From Candidatus Woesearchaeota archaeon (lineage in GTDB: Archaea > Nanobdellota > Nanobdellia > Woesearchaeales > JAZDKJ01): a stretch of DNA of 27,401 nt. The translations under genes and the position numbers were made by a program. Below, piece after piece: positions 17,329-24,818 of the stretch (position 1 is the first letter of the stretch; each line of letters starts with the position of its first letter). The DNA is taken from positions 1 to 27,401 of the forward strand of contig JAZDKJ010000009.1 in the NCBI GenBank assembly GCA_043803105.1. Reading direction: 5' to 3'. The notes beneath the pieces were generated by a model, which saw nothing but the letters and a program-made list of their open reading frames with translations, did no database searches and was not told the origin of the DNA.

Positions 17329-17453
17329 ACGAGAAATTGGTTCGCTTATGCTAAAATGCCAAGCGTTTTTCCAAATTTCCCCAAATTTTGCCTTCCGGCT
17401 CTGTTCGGAAATATTTTCAGCTCTGTATATTACCAATTCTATTCACTTCGTTT
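17313..17453 (+). repeat. Second attC-like site, right arm truncated
   Basis: ACATAAC-ACCATTTAAACGAGAAATTGGT resembles the left arm of the first site. It pairs with ACCAATT (17432-17438) and CTTCGTTT (17446-17453); the expected AAATGG..GTT end is missing. Confidence 0.5.
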
Positions 17454-17495
17454 GCCCCCTACGCCAAAATAGCAAGAGCACAAAAACCTCAGAAC

Positions 17496-17741
17496 TCAAT
17501 TGTAAACATCTTTTCGATGATCAAAGCAGTTTATAGTAATCTTGTTCTGCTCTATTCTGTAAATTATCCTAAATGGTGGAACCCTTATGCTGCGATGACC
17601 TTTTAGGTTATATTGTAATTGCTTTCCAGATGCAGGAAGCCGCTGTAATTTTTTTAGATGATTAATGACCTTTATTCTCATAGACTTGTTCTTAATTTTC
17701 TTAAAATCTTTTTTAAACTCTTCTGAGAAGATTATTTGCAT
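17496..17741 (-). CDS. RelE/ParE-family type II toxin
   Basis: MQIIFSEEFKKDFKKI...GKQL...LKG.RSIRV..FRIIY.I......FDHRKDVY. Confidence 0.92.
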   Translation of the reverse strand: MQIIFSEEFKKDFKKIKNKSMRIKVINHLKKLQRLPASGKQLQYNLKGHRSIRVPPFRIIYRIEQNKITINCFDHRKDVYN

Positions 17742-17742
17742 T

Positions 17743-18018
17743 TTAAGCCATCAATAAATCATCGATTTCTTCATCGCTCATAGAAGTGTCTGCTTTGACA
17801 AATTTGCCTTTCTTGATTTGTTTCTCGCTACTCCTGATTTTTTCAATTAGCAATATATCTTCCTTTAGAGCTTCTTTCCTGATTTGTTTTAACATGATAT
17901 TGCCATCTTCATTAAATACTAAAAATTTTGTTGATGGTTTTATGCCTGCATCTTTCCTAACCTCTGCCGGAATTACAACCTGCCCGTTCTCAGACATTTT
18001 AGTTATAGCAACTTCCAT
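17743..18018 (-). CDS. AbrB/MazE/SpoVT-family antitoxin
   Basis: ITKMSENGQVVIPAEVRK..GIK motif, acidic tail, AGGTGA SD; lies directly upstream of the toxin. Confidence 0.9.
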   Translation of the reverse strand: MEVAITKMSENGQVVIPAEVRKDAGIKPSTKFLVFNEDGNIMLKQIRKEALKEDILLIEKIRSSEKQIKKGKFVKADTSMSDEEIDDLLMA

Positions 18019-18061
18019 TTTGCATCACCTACAATACATTTTAACATTAAAACACGCTTTA

Positions 18062-18074
18062 TATATAAACTTTT
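18062..18074 (-). promoter_or_regulatory. BRE+TATA promoter of the TA operon
   Basis: AAAAGTTTATATA on the minus strand, about 44 nt upstream of the antitoxin ATG. Confidence 0.65.
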
Positions 18075-18219
18075 CGGGGTTCAGGCTCCGAAATCGATAA
18101 TAAACGCTTTGTGGGCAACCTACGGTCATGGGAGTAATTTGCGAGAAAGAAATTTGGGAGATAGCAACTTATCGCCGATAAAAGAGCTATGCATAAAACA
18201 GACAACAACGCTTACAACC

Positions 18220-18948
18220 TCAAGATTCCTTCTTCATCTCTGTCTCTAGAAAGGAAATCCCGCTGTTGACTCCATCGTCTGACTGAGGTATGCATATTAG
18301 ATGCTTGGCCAGCACTTTGTACGTCCCTTCAGCAAGATCGCCTTTAAGCCTGAAAGGCACTCCCTTGAAGGTAAGCCCTTCAAAATTAATTTTCCTTGTG
18401 GGCTGAACATAGGTAAATGGGTGGAAGATAACCTCTATTTCTCTGCCTGAAGGATGATACCTCTTTGCAACCTCTGCCAACTCTTCCAAGTCAGGGAATC
18501 TAGTTTCCGGTTTCCAATCTTTGAACTCACTGAGGTCGACAGGTCGCTGCAATCTCTCGCAATTGTCCATGCACCGGTTGTATAATGCCTCATGCAGTGC
18601 ATCAGCAGGTCTTTCCCCCCGCTTCTCAATCATCCAAGGTCGTTGTCGTAGGATTTCAGGTCTGTGCTGTCGTAGTATTTCGTACGCCTCATCATACCTG
18701 CCCATCCCTGCTAAGTTGTCTGCAAGAAAACAATCTGATTCAAGGCTCGGTGCCACAAGCTCTTGTGCCTCTTTTATCGACCTGACTGCCCCCTCATATT
18801 CTCCGAACAGCCGATGAAGCCTCGCAAGAGAGTACAGGTTGTTTGCCAGTTCAGACTTCTGTTGAGCAATCTCATCAGCCAGGTGACTCACAGGACCTTC
18901 CCCACTGTGGTTAACACGCTCTGCTAGTCTCTCTCGCTGTCCTGTCAT
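18220..18948 (-). CDS. Hypothetical protein with TPR-like N-terminal helices
   Basis: LYSLARLHRLFGEYEGAVRSIKEAQEL and LADNLAGMGRYDEAYEIL TPR patterns; ATG overlaps the rpl15e stop (TGATG). Confidence 0.7.
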   Translation of the reverse strand: MTGQRERLAERVNHSGEGPVSHLADEIAQQKSELANNLYSLARLHRLFGEYEGAVRSIKEAQELVAPSLESDCFLADNLAGMGRYDEAYEILRQHRPEILRQRPWMIEKRGERPADALHEALYNRCMDNCERLQRPVDLSEFKDWKPETRFPDLEELAEVAKRYHPSGREIEVIFHPFTYVQPTRKINFEGLTFKGVPFRLKGDLAEGTYKVLAKHLICIPQSDDGVNSGISFLETEMKKES

Positions 18949-19523
18949 CAGTTCTCAGCCCTTTTTCTCTGTTCACTCCTTGCGCTCGGCCTTAGCTTTT
19001 CAGCCCCCTTTCCTTTTCTTGTGAGTAGTCCCCTGCTGCGCTTTGCTGCTGTGGTCTTTCCCTTGTAAACCCTTCCCTTCTCGTTTGCTATCCACTGTAG
19101 TTGTGGGTCGGCGAGTATGCTCGGGTGAGCACGGTCCACAAGTATGACTTCATACCAATAGTGTTTTCCGTCCTTTGCAAGTTCGTAAGAGCTCAGCACT
19201 TCACAGTTGATGAATTTCTTTGCAGCCCTCTCTTCAGCTATCCATTGGTAGCTTTTCTGCAGTGTCATCCTCTGCCTTTTGTGCCTGGACCTTCTTGCCT
19301 TCCTTATCTTGGGCCTCATGTGGCCTCCCCTGTTAACGCGCTGCCTGACAACTATGATTCCTGGTTTTGCCTTATATCCAAGTGAACGTGCCCGATCAAG
19401 CCTTGTTGGCTTGTCAATGCGTATGGTTACTGGCTCTGTTCTCCATTGGATAAGCCTTTGCTTAAAAGAATCGAGATTGTGAGGGTCCTTCCATGCCTCT
19501 CTGATGTATTTATACATTCCCAT
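18948..19523 (-). CDS. rpl15e: 50S ribosomal protein eL15 (L15e)
   Basis: MYKYIREAWK.P, PTRLDRARSLGYKAK.G, IAEERA, WYEVILVD, GKGAEK.RPS; GGAGG SD. Confidence 0.98.
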   Translation of the reverse strand: MGMYKYIREAWKDPHNLDSFKQRLIQWRTEPVTIRIDKPTRLDRARSLGYKAKPGIIVVRQRVNRGGHMRPKIRKARRSRHKRQRMTLQKSYQWIAEERAAKKFINCEVLSSYELAKDGKHYWYEVILVDRAHPSILADPQLQWIANEKGRVYKGKTTAAKRSRGLLTRKGKGAEKLRPSARSEQRKRAEN

Positions 19524-19544
19524 TTGATGCCTCCATTATTATCT

Positions 19545-19585
19545 ATTCATGGTTCAGGGAAGCAAATCCCCACATCCCATTGAAC
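19545..19585 (-). ncRNA. Structured rpl15e mRNA leader (eL15 r-leader-like)
   Basis: Minus strand GTTCAATGG-GATGT-GGGGA-TTTGCT-TCCC-TGAA-CCATGAAT forms a hairpin with a purine-rich internal loop, located between a TTTTTAAA box and the SD. Confidence 0.6.
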
Positions 19586-19612
19586 AAAAACTATAGCCTG
19601 TTTAAAAAGGTT

Positions 19613-20125
19613 ATGGAAACTGTTGGTGCCCAACCAAACAGCGTATTTGGTTTTTTGGCAACAAGGTTTATGAACTCTAAACCAACTGCTAATTCTGTGG
19701 GTCGAATTTATAATATAAGCTCGGATAAAACAGACATTGCAGACTCGGTCCGTAGTGAGTTAAAGGCCGCGGCAACTGCAACCCTGACAAGTCTGACAGC
19801 TGCCTCAGTTCTATTGAGAAATTCAAATTACCATATTTCCCTGGATTGCATTATTCAGACACTGAACATGTTAATAGGGAATGCGAAATATGAGGCTTGC
19901 ATCATCTTTCATCTTGGCTTTGTGGAAACCGACAGTGCAAATGGTATCACAAGAATACTGCTGCACAATAACATCAGGTTAGAGCAAAGGGTTGACCTCA
20001 ACTATCTGACCATTGCAGCCAGACAGTTTGAACCTCAAGCCAAAGTATTCATTGAATATACAGGAGAGGATTGCGCAAGGCTTTCAGAAGAGGTCTGTAA
20101 AGCAGTGCAACGGTTAAACCTTTAA
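19613..20125 (+). CDS. Hypothetical protein (start uncertain)
   Basis: The only long ORF in the gap; its stop abuts the pgi stop. TTG 19580 overlaps the rpl15e leader, so a later ATG (19613 or 19670) is preferred. Confidence 0.5.
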   Translation: METVGAQPNSVFGFLATRFMNSKPTANSVGRIYNISSDKTDIADSVRSELKAAATATLTSLTAASVLLRNSNYHISLDCIIQTLNMLIGNAKYEACIIFHLGFVETDSANGITRILLHNNIRLEQRVDLNYLTIAARQFEPQAKVFIEYTGEDCARLSEEVCKAVQRLNL

Positions 20126-21313
20126 CTATCTCCTAAAATTCTTTGTGAGCTCAAAGCTGTGCTTCTTTGCGAATTCAACTTCAGGCTGGTCAAACGGGTC
20201 CACATTCCTTAGCCATGCTGAATAGATCGCAACATAATGCCAGAAAGCCATTAGCTCACCGCAAGTCTTCTCATCAGTGTTTCCTGTGCTTATCAAAGCA
20301 TAAGGTATCTTGTAGTGTATTGTGTGCTCCCTTACTCCTAGAAACTCAAAGTCAAGCGCCTTTGCATACGGAAGCTTGTCAAGCATGCCTAGCACACTTC
20401 CCTTCATGCTGATTTTCTGCAGACCTTTTGGCACTTTTATCTCTGTCTCGTTTTCTTCAAACTCCTTTACCCTTGTGAATAGTCCAATCACATTCCGCTT
20501 CCCGCCGAAGAATCTCTGGTTGGTATGGTGCTGGCATTCAGGCCCAAGGTCTCCGTAGAACGTCAACCCTTTTCCTGACTTGCATACACTCTCATGCATC
20601 AGCTGTATTATCAGTGGAAGGAAGTTTGCAAGCTTGGTGGAGTATACTGGCATATAGACTTCTGTCTTGCCCTGGAGTTCAAGCAGGAACATTGCTGTGG
20701 CAAGCTGCAGTGCAGGATTGTCGTTGAAATGGTTCTCTGGCGAGCATTGGTCGTACATTTCCTTTGCTCCCTTGTCTATCTCTGCTGCATCGACCCCAAC
20801 AAATGTCAAGGCTGCATAACTGCATGAGCTTATTCCAGCATATCTTCCTGGTATATTCGGGTGCTCTATTATTTTCCATTTCTTTTTCCTGGCCATCTCT
20901 CTCAATGTGCTTTGCTTGTCTTCTGTTATGATGATTACCTTGTAATCCGCAAACGACATCAGTGCCTCGATGCTGCTTATTGTCTCTCCTGATTTTGAAA
21001 TGCACATTACAAGCGTGCTGTTCCTTGGGTATTGTTTTCTTGCTTGTGCTATTGCGTCAGGCTCATTCGTGTTCAATACTGACACCCTTTTCTTTTCCTC
21101 AGATTTGCAGGCCTTGAAACTGTTTATTGAACCCCCCTGCCCTATCACTATGAGGTTTTTCAGCTTAGAATAAGGTTTTAGTGCAGCCTTAAGCTTTGCA
21201 ATGTTCTCCTTATATATTGTGAATTCGGGAGTTTGCTTTCTTCTTATCCCTGACAAGAGCGGTTCTATCTCCTTTTCATCAATGTATATGTTGCCAAGGT
21301 CCAGGCTTATCAT
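20126..21313 (-). CDS. pgi: Glucose-6-phosphate isomerase (SIS fold)
   Basis: VIGQGGS, ISKSGET, IPGRY, QLMHESVCK, QH, DPFDQPEVEFAK. TTTATATA about 25 nt upstream of ATG 21313 fixes the start. Confidence 0.9.
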   Translation of the reverse strand: MISLDLGNIYIDEKEIEPLLSGIRRKQTPEFTIYKENIAKLKAALKPYSKLKNLIVIGQGGSINSFKACKSEEKKRVSVLNTNEPDAIAQARKQYPRNSTLVMCISKSGETISSIEALMSFADYKVIIITEDKQSTLREMARKKKWKIIEHPNIPGRYAGISSCSYAALTFVGVDAAEIDKGAKEMYDQCSPENHFNDNPALQLATAMFLLELQGKTEVYMPVYSTKLANFLPLIIQLMHESVCKSGKGLTFYGDLGPECQHHTNQRFFGGKRNVIGLFTRVKEFEENETEIKVPKGLQKISMKGSVLGMLDKLPYAKALDFEFLGVREHTIHYKIPYALISTGNTDEKTCGELMAFWHYVAIYSAWLRNVDPFDQPEVEFAKKHSFELTKNFRR

Positions 21314-21634
21314 GCTTCCGTTCCCAACCCCCGTCCTATATAAATTTGTTGATTGGTTCCGTATTACAGCTATCGCAGCATATAAAACGTTATTAAAGGG
21401 CTGAGCAATCCTCTTCCCTAATGCATAACACTTTGGTAGTAACAAACAATTGTGACGCTCCTTTAGTAGAAAACTGGCAAGGATATTTAAGCAAAATATA
21501 TCATCACCAAACGGGTACGATAAGAATTATTGGCATCTTTTTGGATTTCCTCGACGTTAAAACTCCAGGCAAAAAGTTGTCTCTGGTTGGTATAGAACCA
21601 CATTTTCTCTTTTCAATCATATAGTTTTATTTGC

Positions 21635-21651
21635 AATAAAGTATTTATATT
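21635..21651 (+). promoter_or_regulatory. Probable BRE+TATA promoter of the surface-protein locus
   Basis: AATAAAGTATTTATATT, the best TATA-like element upstream of the structured leader. Confidence 0.5.
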
Positions 21652-21676
21652 AGACACTACTTCTTAATGAGGTAAT

Positions 21677-21967
21677 TAGTTTGTTATGTGGTAATAATAA
21701 AAGTAAATAAAGTCCATAAGCGACTGTTTAATCCGGGGGTGCAAAGTTTTGACGCGCGACATCGAGGACTTAGGAGTTTTGTGTATTTCTTCCTTGTCAA
21801 TTAATCACAATAGTGGCTTTCACAGTCAGATTGACCAGCAGGCTTCCCCTAGAGGAAGTTTGCTGCATTTAAACCAGACTCATAATGAGATGGTTCTTGT
21901 AGGGAAACAATCGTTTCACCTACCATCTGCCAGCTTGGTTGCCACGACCGAAGTTGGCAATAAACTA
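21677..21967 (+). ncRNA. Long structured 5' leader or unknown ncRNA
   Basis: Five adjacent hairpins (21796-21835, 21836-21865, 21872-21895, 21899-21923, 21928-21959) with G-U pairs on the + strand, plus a 9-bp long-range stem 21677-21685/21959-21967. Confidence 0.7.
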
Positions 21968-21987
21968 GAAATTTGGAGGTAAAGAAG

Positions 21988-23067
21988 ATGAATAAACTAG
22001 CAACCATTTTCGTGTCGCTGGTGCTGACTCTAAGTTTGTTGCCTGCAGTTTTATCGGCTGACGTAGGCAGCGGGATTGGCATCACCATGGAAACGGAGAA
22101 GTTCGCCCCATTGGTTTGGATGTGCGACAGCAGAATAGTATTGGACGACAATGTTGAGCCAGGACAAATCTCCGATGGTGGAGAGGAGCTCATCGAGAGA
22201 ATAGAGAACTACGCTTTCGAGGGAGAGCAGATCCAGTGGAGAGTGCTTGTCATGGACAAGAACGGAATTGAGAAGATCAAGGACGTTTATATGACAATCG
22301 GCTCATCACAAGGTTCTGGTAATGAAATCGAAGCAAACTGCCAATTGGACGAAGTTTGCTCCGGTACGGTAGAAGAGGCTTGCAACGCAAGGATTCTCGA
22401 AGAGCATATCACCATATGCAATCCAGAAATGATGGCTTACTACACCTGTACATTCACTGTAGAGACACCAGTAAGCATGCATGGACAATACTGGGTTACT
22501 GTTGAAGCAGAAGACCTTGACGGACTCTTTGGAGACATGGACGAGAATGAATTCTGGTTCTTGAACCCAGAGATTGCTTTGAGCATCGAAGGCGGAATCG
22601 ACTTCGGAACAGTCAGGCCAGGAGCATTGTCATACTCTGACACACTCCTTGTTGGAAACGCTGCTGAAGAGAGCTCAGGAGTCTTGCTCGACATGTATGT
22701 CGCAGGAACTGACTTTTATGACCCAAGCTCTAGCGGAGCAAAGTGCCCAGACACAAACCAGCTGGCGCTAACAAACTTTGCTTATTTCGCAACCAACGGA
22801 GCTTACAGCACGCAAGACACAGGTTGTGATGACGCTGAAGGTTATGTAGGTATCGAGTACGGCAACAGGATAGACCAGGCATACGAAATAATTGGCTGCG
22901 AACAATTTGAAAACGTACCAGTTGCTGCCGGCCTAGAAGAATACACGCCTGGAAACGTCTTGTCACCTGGTGCAGAGATTGCAATGACCTTCAGGCTTGA
23001 TTTGCCTGAGCCATGTAATGGTGACTTCTCAGAAGGAAGCATATGGTTCTGGGGAGAAGCTGTCTAA
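21988..23067 (+). CDS. Secreted acidic beta-rich surface protein A (candidate filament or S-layer subunit)
   Basis: SD GGAGGT; Sec signal (AVLSA/DVGSG); Ig-like patterns; IDFGTVRPG...LSPG...F.L.LP...G.I.F.GEAV; no C-terminal anchor. Function is inferred. Confidence 0.75.
   Translation: MNKLATIFVSLVLTLSLLPAVLSADVGSGIGITMETEKFAPLVWMCDSRIVLDDNVEPGQISDGGEELIERIENYAFEGEQIQWRVLVMDKNGIEKIKDVYMTIGSSQGSGNEIEANCQLDEVCSGTVEEACNARILEEHITICNPEMMAYYTCTFTVETPVSMHGQYWVTVEAEDLDGLFGDMDENEFWFLNPEIALSIEGGIDFGTVRPGALSYSDTLLVGNAAEESSGVLLDMYVAGTDFYDPSSSGAKCPDTNQLALTNFAYFATNGAYSTQDTGCDDAEGYVGIEYGNRIDQAYEIIGCEQFENVPVAAGLEEYTPGNVLSPGAEIAMTFRLDLPEPCNGDFSEGSIWFWGEAV
22675..22811 (+). repeat. 137-bp near-identical direct repeat, copy 1 (copy 2 at 24335-24471)
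   Basis: 7 mismatches by manual alignment, with a perfect 50-bp core at 22700-22749 / 24360-24409. Confidence 0.9.
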
Positions 23068-23076
23068 GGGTAAATA

Positions 23077-23090
23077 TTTTTTATTTTTTT
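23077..23090 (+). terminator. Oligo-T archaeal terminator after gene A
   Basis: TTTTTTATTTTTTT about 10 nt after the stop. Confidence 0.65.
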
Positions 23091-23221
23091 AAACAAAAAC
23101 AATCATGCTCACCTGATCATCGGGGTGAAAAAAGGGGTTCTTAGCTAAATAATTAGCACGTTCCGTAAAAGAGGAGACAAAAAATTGGTGAAGATAAAGA
23201 AAACATTACGGAGGGTGTAAG

Positions 23222-24736
23222 ATGAGATTCGGAAGAGCTTTAGTATTGCTCATGCTGATGACGCTCTTGCCAGCTGCTCACGCAGCAGATGTTGGCTCTG
23301 GAGTCGGAATCAACATGGAGACAGAGAAATTTCCGCCATCAGTGTGGATTTGCGATCATAGGATAGTGCTTGACGACAATGTCGAGCCAGGAAGAGTAAC
23401 AGCCGGTGGAACTGAGCTCATTGAAAGAATAGAGAACTATGCTTTCGAAGGAGAACAGATCCAGTGGGAAGTTCTTGTATTGGACAAGAACGGAATTGAG
23501 AAAGTTAAGGATGTCTACATGACAATAGGCGCAAAACAATCAGGCCACCTTGAGCGCTTCTGCGTTCTACCTAACAAGAACATCGTAGTAGATGGAACTG
23601 TCAGCGAAAACGACTATGACAAAGTGTTCAGCGTGCCGACAAATGCAAACGGATGCGGCTATGATGTCTATGTAGCAAATGATTACCATAATCTGTTTGT
23701 AGGGTTTGTGAAGAAGGTCAACTGCACTCCACAGAACATCTTTGAGATGCAGATGAACACCTCAACAGGCATTGTTAATGTACTTGGCGCTGCAACACAG
23801 CAGGCATCAAGCAACGATTCAACAATGAAGGAGTACAAGATACCTCTTTCAGCAGTTGGCTTGGCGCAAGGAATGTCAATCAAGGTTGAATTCAAGGCCT
23901 TCGGAAACAACAGGTTCCCGGCAACAGGCTTTGCCTCATTGTCCTTGGAAGCTGAGAAGTGCCACATGGAAAGGGTGTACAACCAGATTGAGGCAAACTG
24001 CGAACGAACTTCCTTGGATAAATCACCAGTAGACGAAGGCTGTAACGCAAGAATCCTTGAGGAGAAGATTACCGTGTTCAATCCAGCGATGATGGCTTAC
24101 TACCTGTGCACTTTCACAGTTGAGACACCAACCTCAATGCAAGGTGAGTATTTCGTTGACCCAGAGGCAGAAGACCTTGACGGTTTGAAGACTCCGGCTG
24201 ATGAGAACGAGTTTTGGTTCCTCAACCCAGAGATTGCAATAGGCATTGACGGCTCAATCGACTTTGGAACAATCAGGCCAGGCGCAACAGGCTACTCTGA
24301 CACTATATTGGTGACAAACAACGCAGAGTCTGGTTCAGGAGTCTTCCTCGACATGTATATCGCAGGAACTGACTTTTATGACCCAAGCTCTAGCGGAGCA
24401 AAGTGCCCAACCACAAACCAACTGGCGCTAACAAACTTTGCTTACTTCGCAACCAACGGAGCGTACAGCACAGCTAACAGCGGTTGTCCAGCAGACCCAC
24501 AGGGAGAGGGTTATGCATCGATTCCGTCAGGCAACAGGATTGGTCAGTCACAGGAGATTATTGGCTGCCAGCCTTTTGCGATTGCACCGCTCGGTGGCGG
24601 CATAGAGCAGTACCAGCCTGGAAACGTGTTGTCTCCAGGTGCTGACATATCGCTGACGTTTAGGTTGAATTTGCCTGAGCCATGCAACGGTGACTTCACA
24701 GAGGGAAGCATTCTCTTCTGGGGAGAGGCTGTATAA
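23222..24736 (+). CDS. Secreted surface protein B, paralogue of A with a 145-aa inserted domain
   Basis: Signal peptide AHA/ADVGSG; colinear with A apart from the insert at 23546-23980; same FWGEAV end. Confidence 0.8.
   Translation: MRFGRALVLLMLMTLLPAAHAADVGSGVGINMETEKFPPSVWICDHRIVLDDNVEPGRVTAGGTELIERIENYAFEGEQIQWEVLVLDKNGIEKVKDVYMTIGAKQSGHLERFCVLPNKNIVVDGTVSENDYDKVFSVPTNANGCGYDVYVANDYHNLFVGFVKKVNCTPQNIFEMQMNTSTGIVNVLGAATQQASSNDSTMKEYKIPLSAVGLAQGMSIKVEFKAFGNNRFPATGFASLSLEAEKCHMERVYNQIEANCERTSLDKSPVDEGCNARILEEKITVFNPAMMAYYLCTFTVETPTSMQGEYFVDPEAEDLDGLKTPADENEFWFLNPEIAIGIDGSIDFGTIRPGATGYSDTILVTNNAESGSGVFLDMYIAGTDFYDPSSSGAKCPTTNQLALTNFAYFATNGAYSTANSGCPADPQGEGYASIPSGNRIGQSQEIIGCQPFAIAPLGGGIEQYQPGNVLSPGADISLTFRLNLPEPCNGDFTEGSILFWGEAV
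24335..24471 (+). repeat. 137-bp near-identical direct repeat, copy 2
   Basis: See copy 1; offset 1660 bp. Confidence 0.9.
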
Positions 24737-24737
24737 A

Positions 24738-24765
24738 TTTTTTTAGCCCGCACTTTTGTGCGGGT
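24738..24765 (+). terminator. T7 tract followed by a GC-rich hairpin
   Basis: TTTTTTT-A-GCCCGCAC-TTTT-GTGCGGGT. Confidence 0.5.
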
Positions 24766-24818
24766 AACATTACATTTTGAACAGGAGGTAAAGTCGCGAG
24801 AATAGTGACGTAATTACA

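Larger units (their letters stand above)
16594..17453 (+). mobile_element. Putative integron-type gene cassette carrying a HAD hydrolase; no integrase in the window
   Basis: A single AT-rich ORF between two attC-like sites; the cassette ends are complementary (16602-16616 vs 17267-17281). Confidence 0.6.

Noticed and set aside
21314-21445. N-terminal extensions in the ORF track (pgi from 21445, also starts at 532, 962, 7695, 21973)
   Set aside because: TATA/SD positions and family N-termini favour the downstream ATGs.
21350-21625. Short ORFs of about 38-67 aa between pgi and the surface locus
   Set aside because: No SD, motif or coding signal is discernible; they cannot be supported.
21735-21756. 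GGGGGTGCAAAGTTTTGACG resembles a tmRNA 5' end
   Set aside because: No T-arm (GGTTCRA) or complementary acceptor end with CCA downstream, and tmRNA is not expected in archaea.
21850-21865. GAGGAAG as a possible RNase P RNA P4 motif; SRP RNA also considered for this structured region
   Set aside because: It is not followed by the TCC consensus, has no 3' P4 partner and sits inside a local hairpin; no SRP helix-8 motif was seen.
22675-24471. The repeat pair as a diversity-generating retroelement TR/VR
   Set aside because: Mismatches are not confined to adenines of one copy (at most 3 of 7), both copies are mid-gene coding sequence, and there is no reverse transcriptase in the window.
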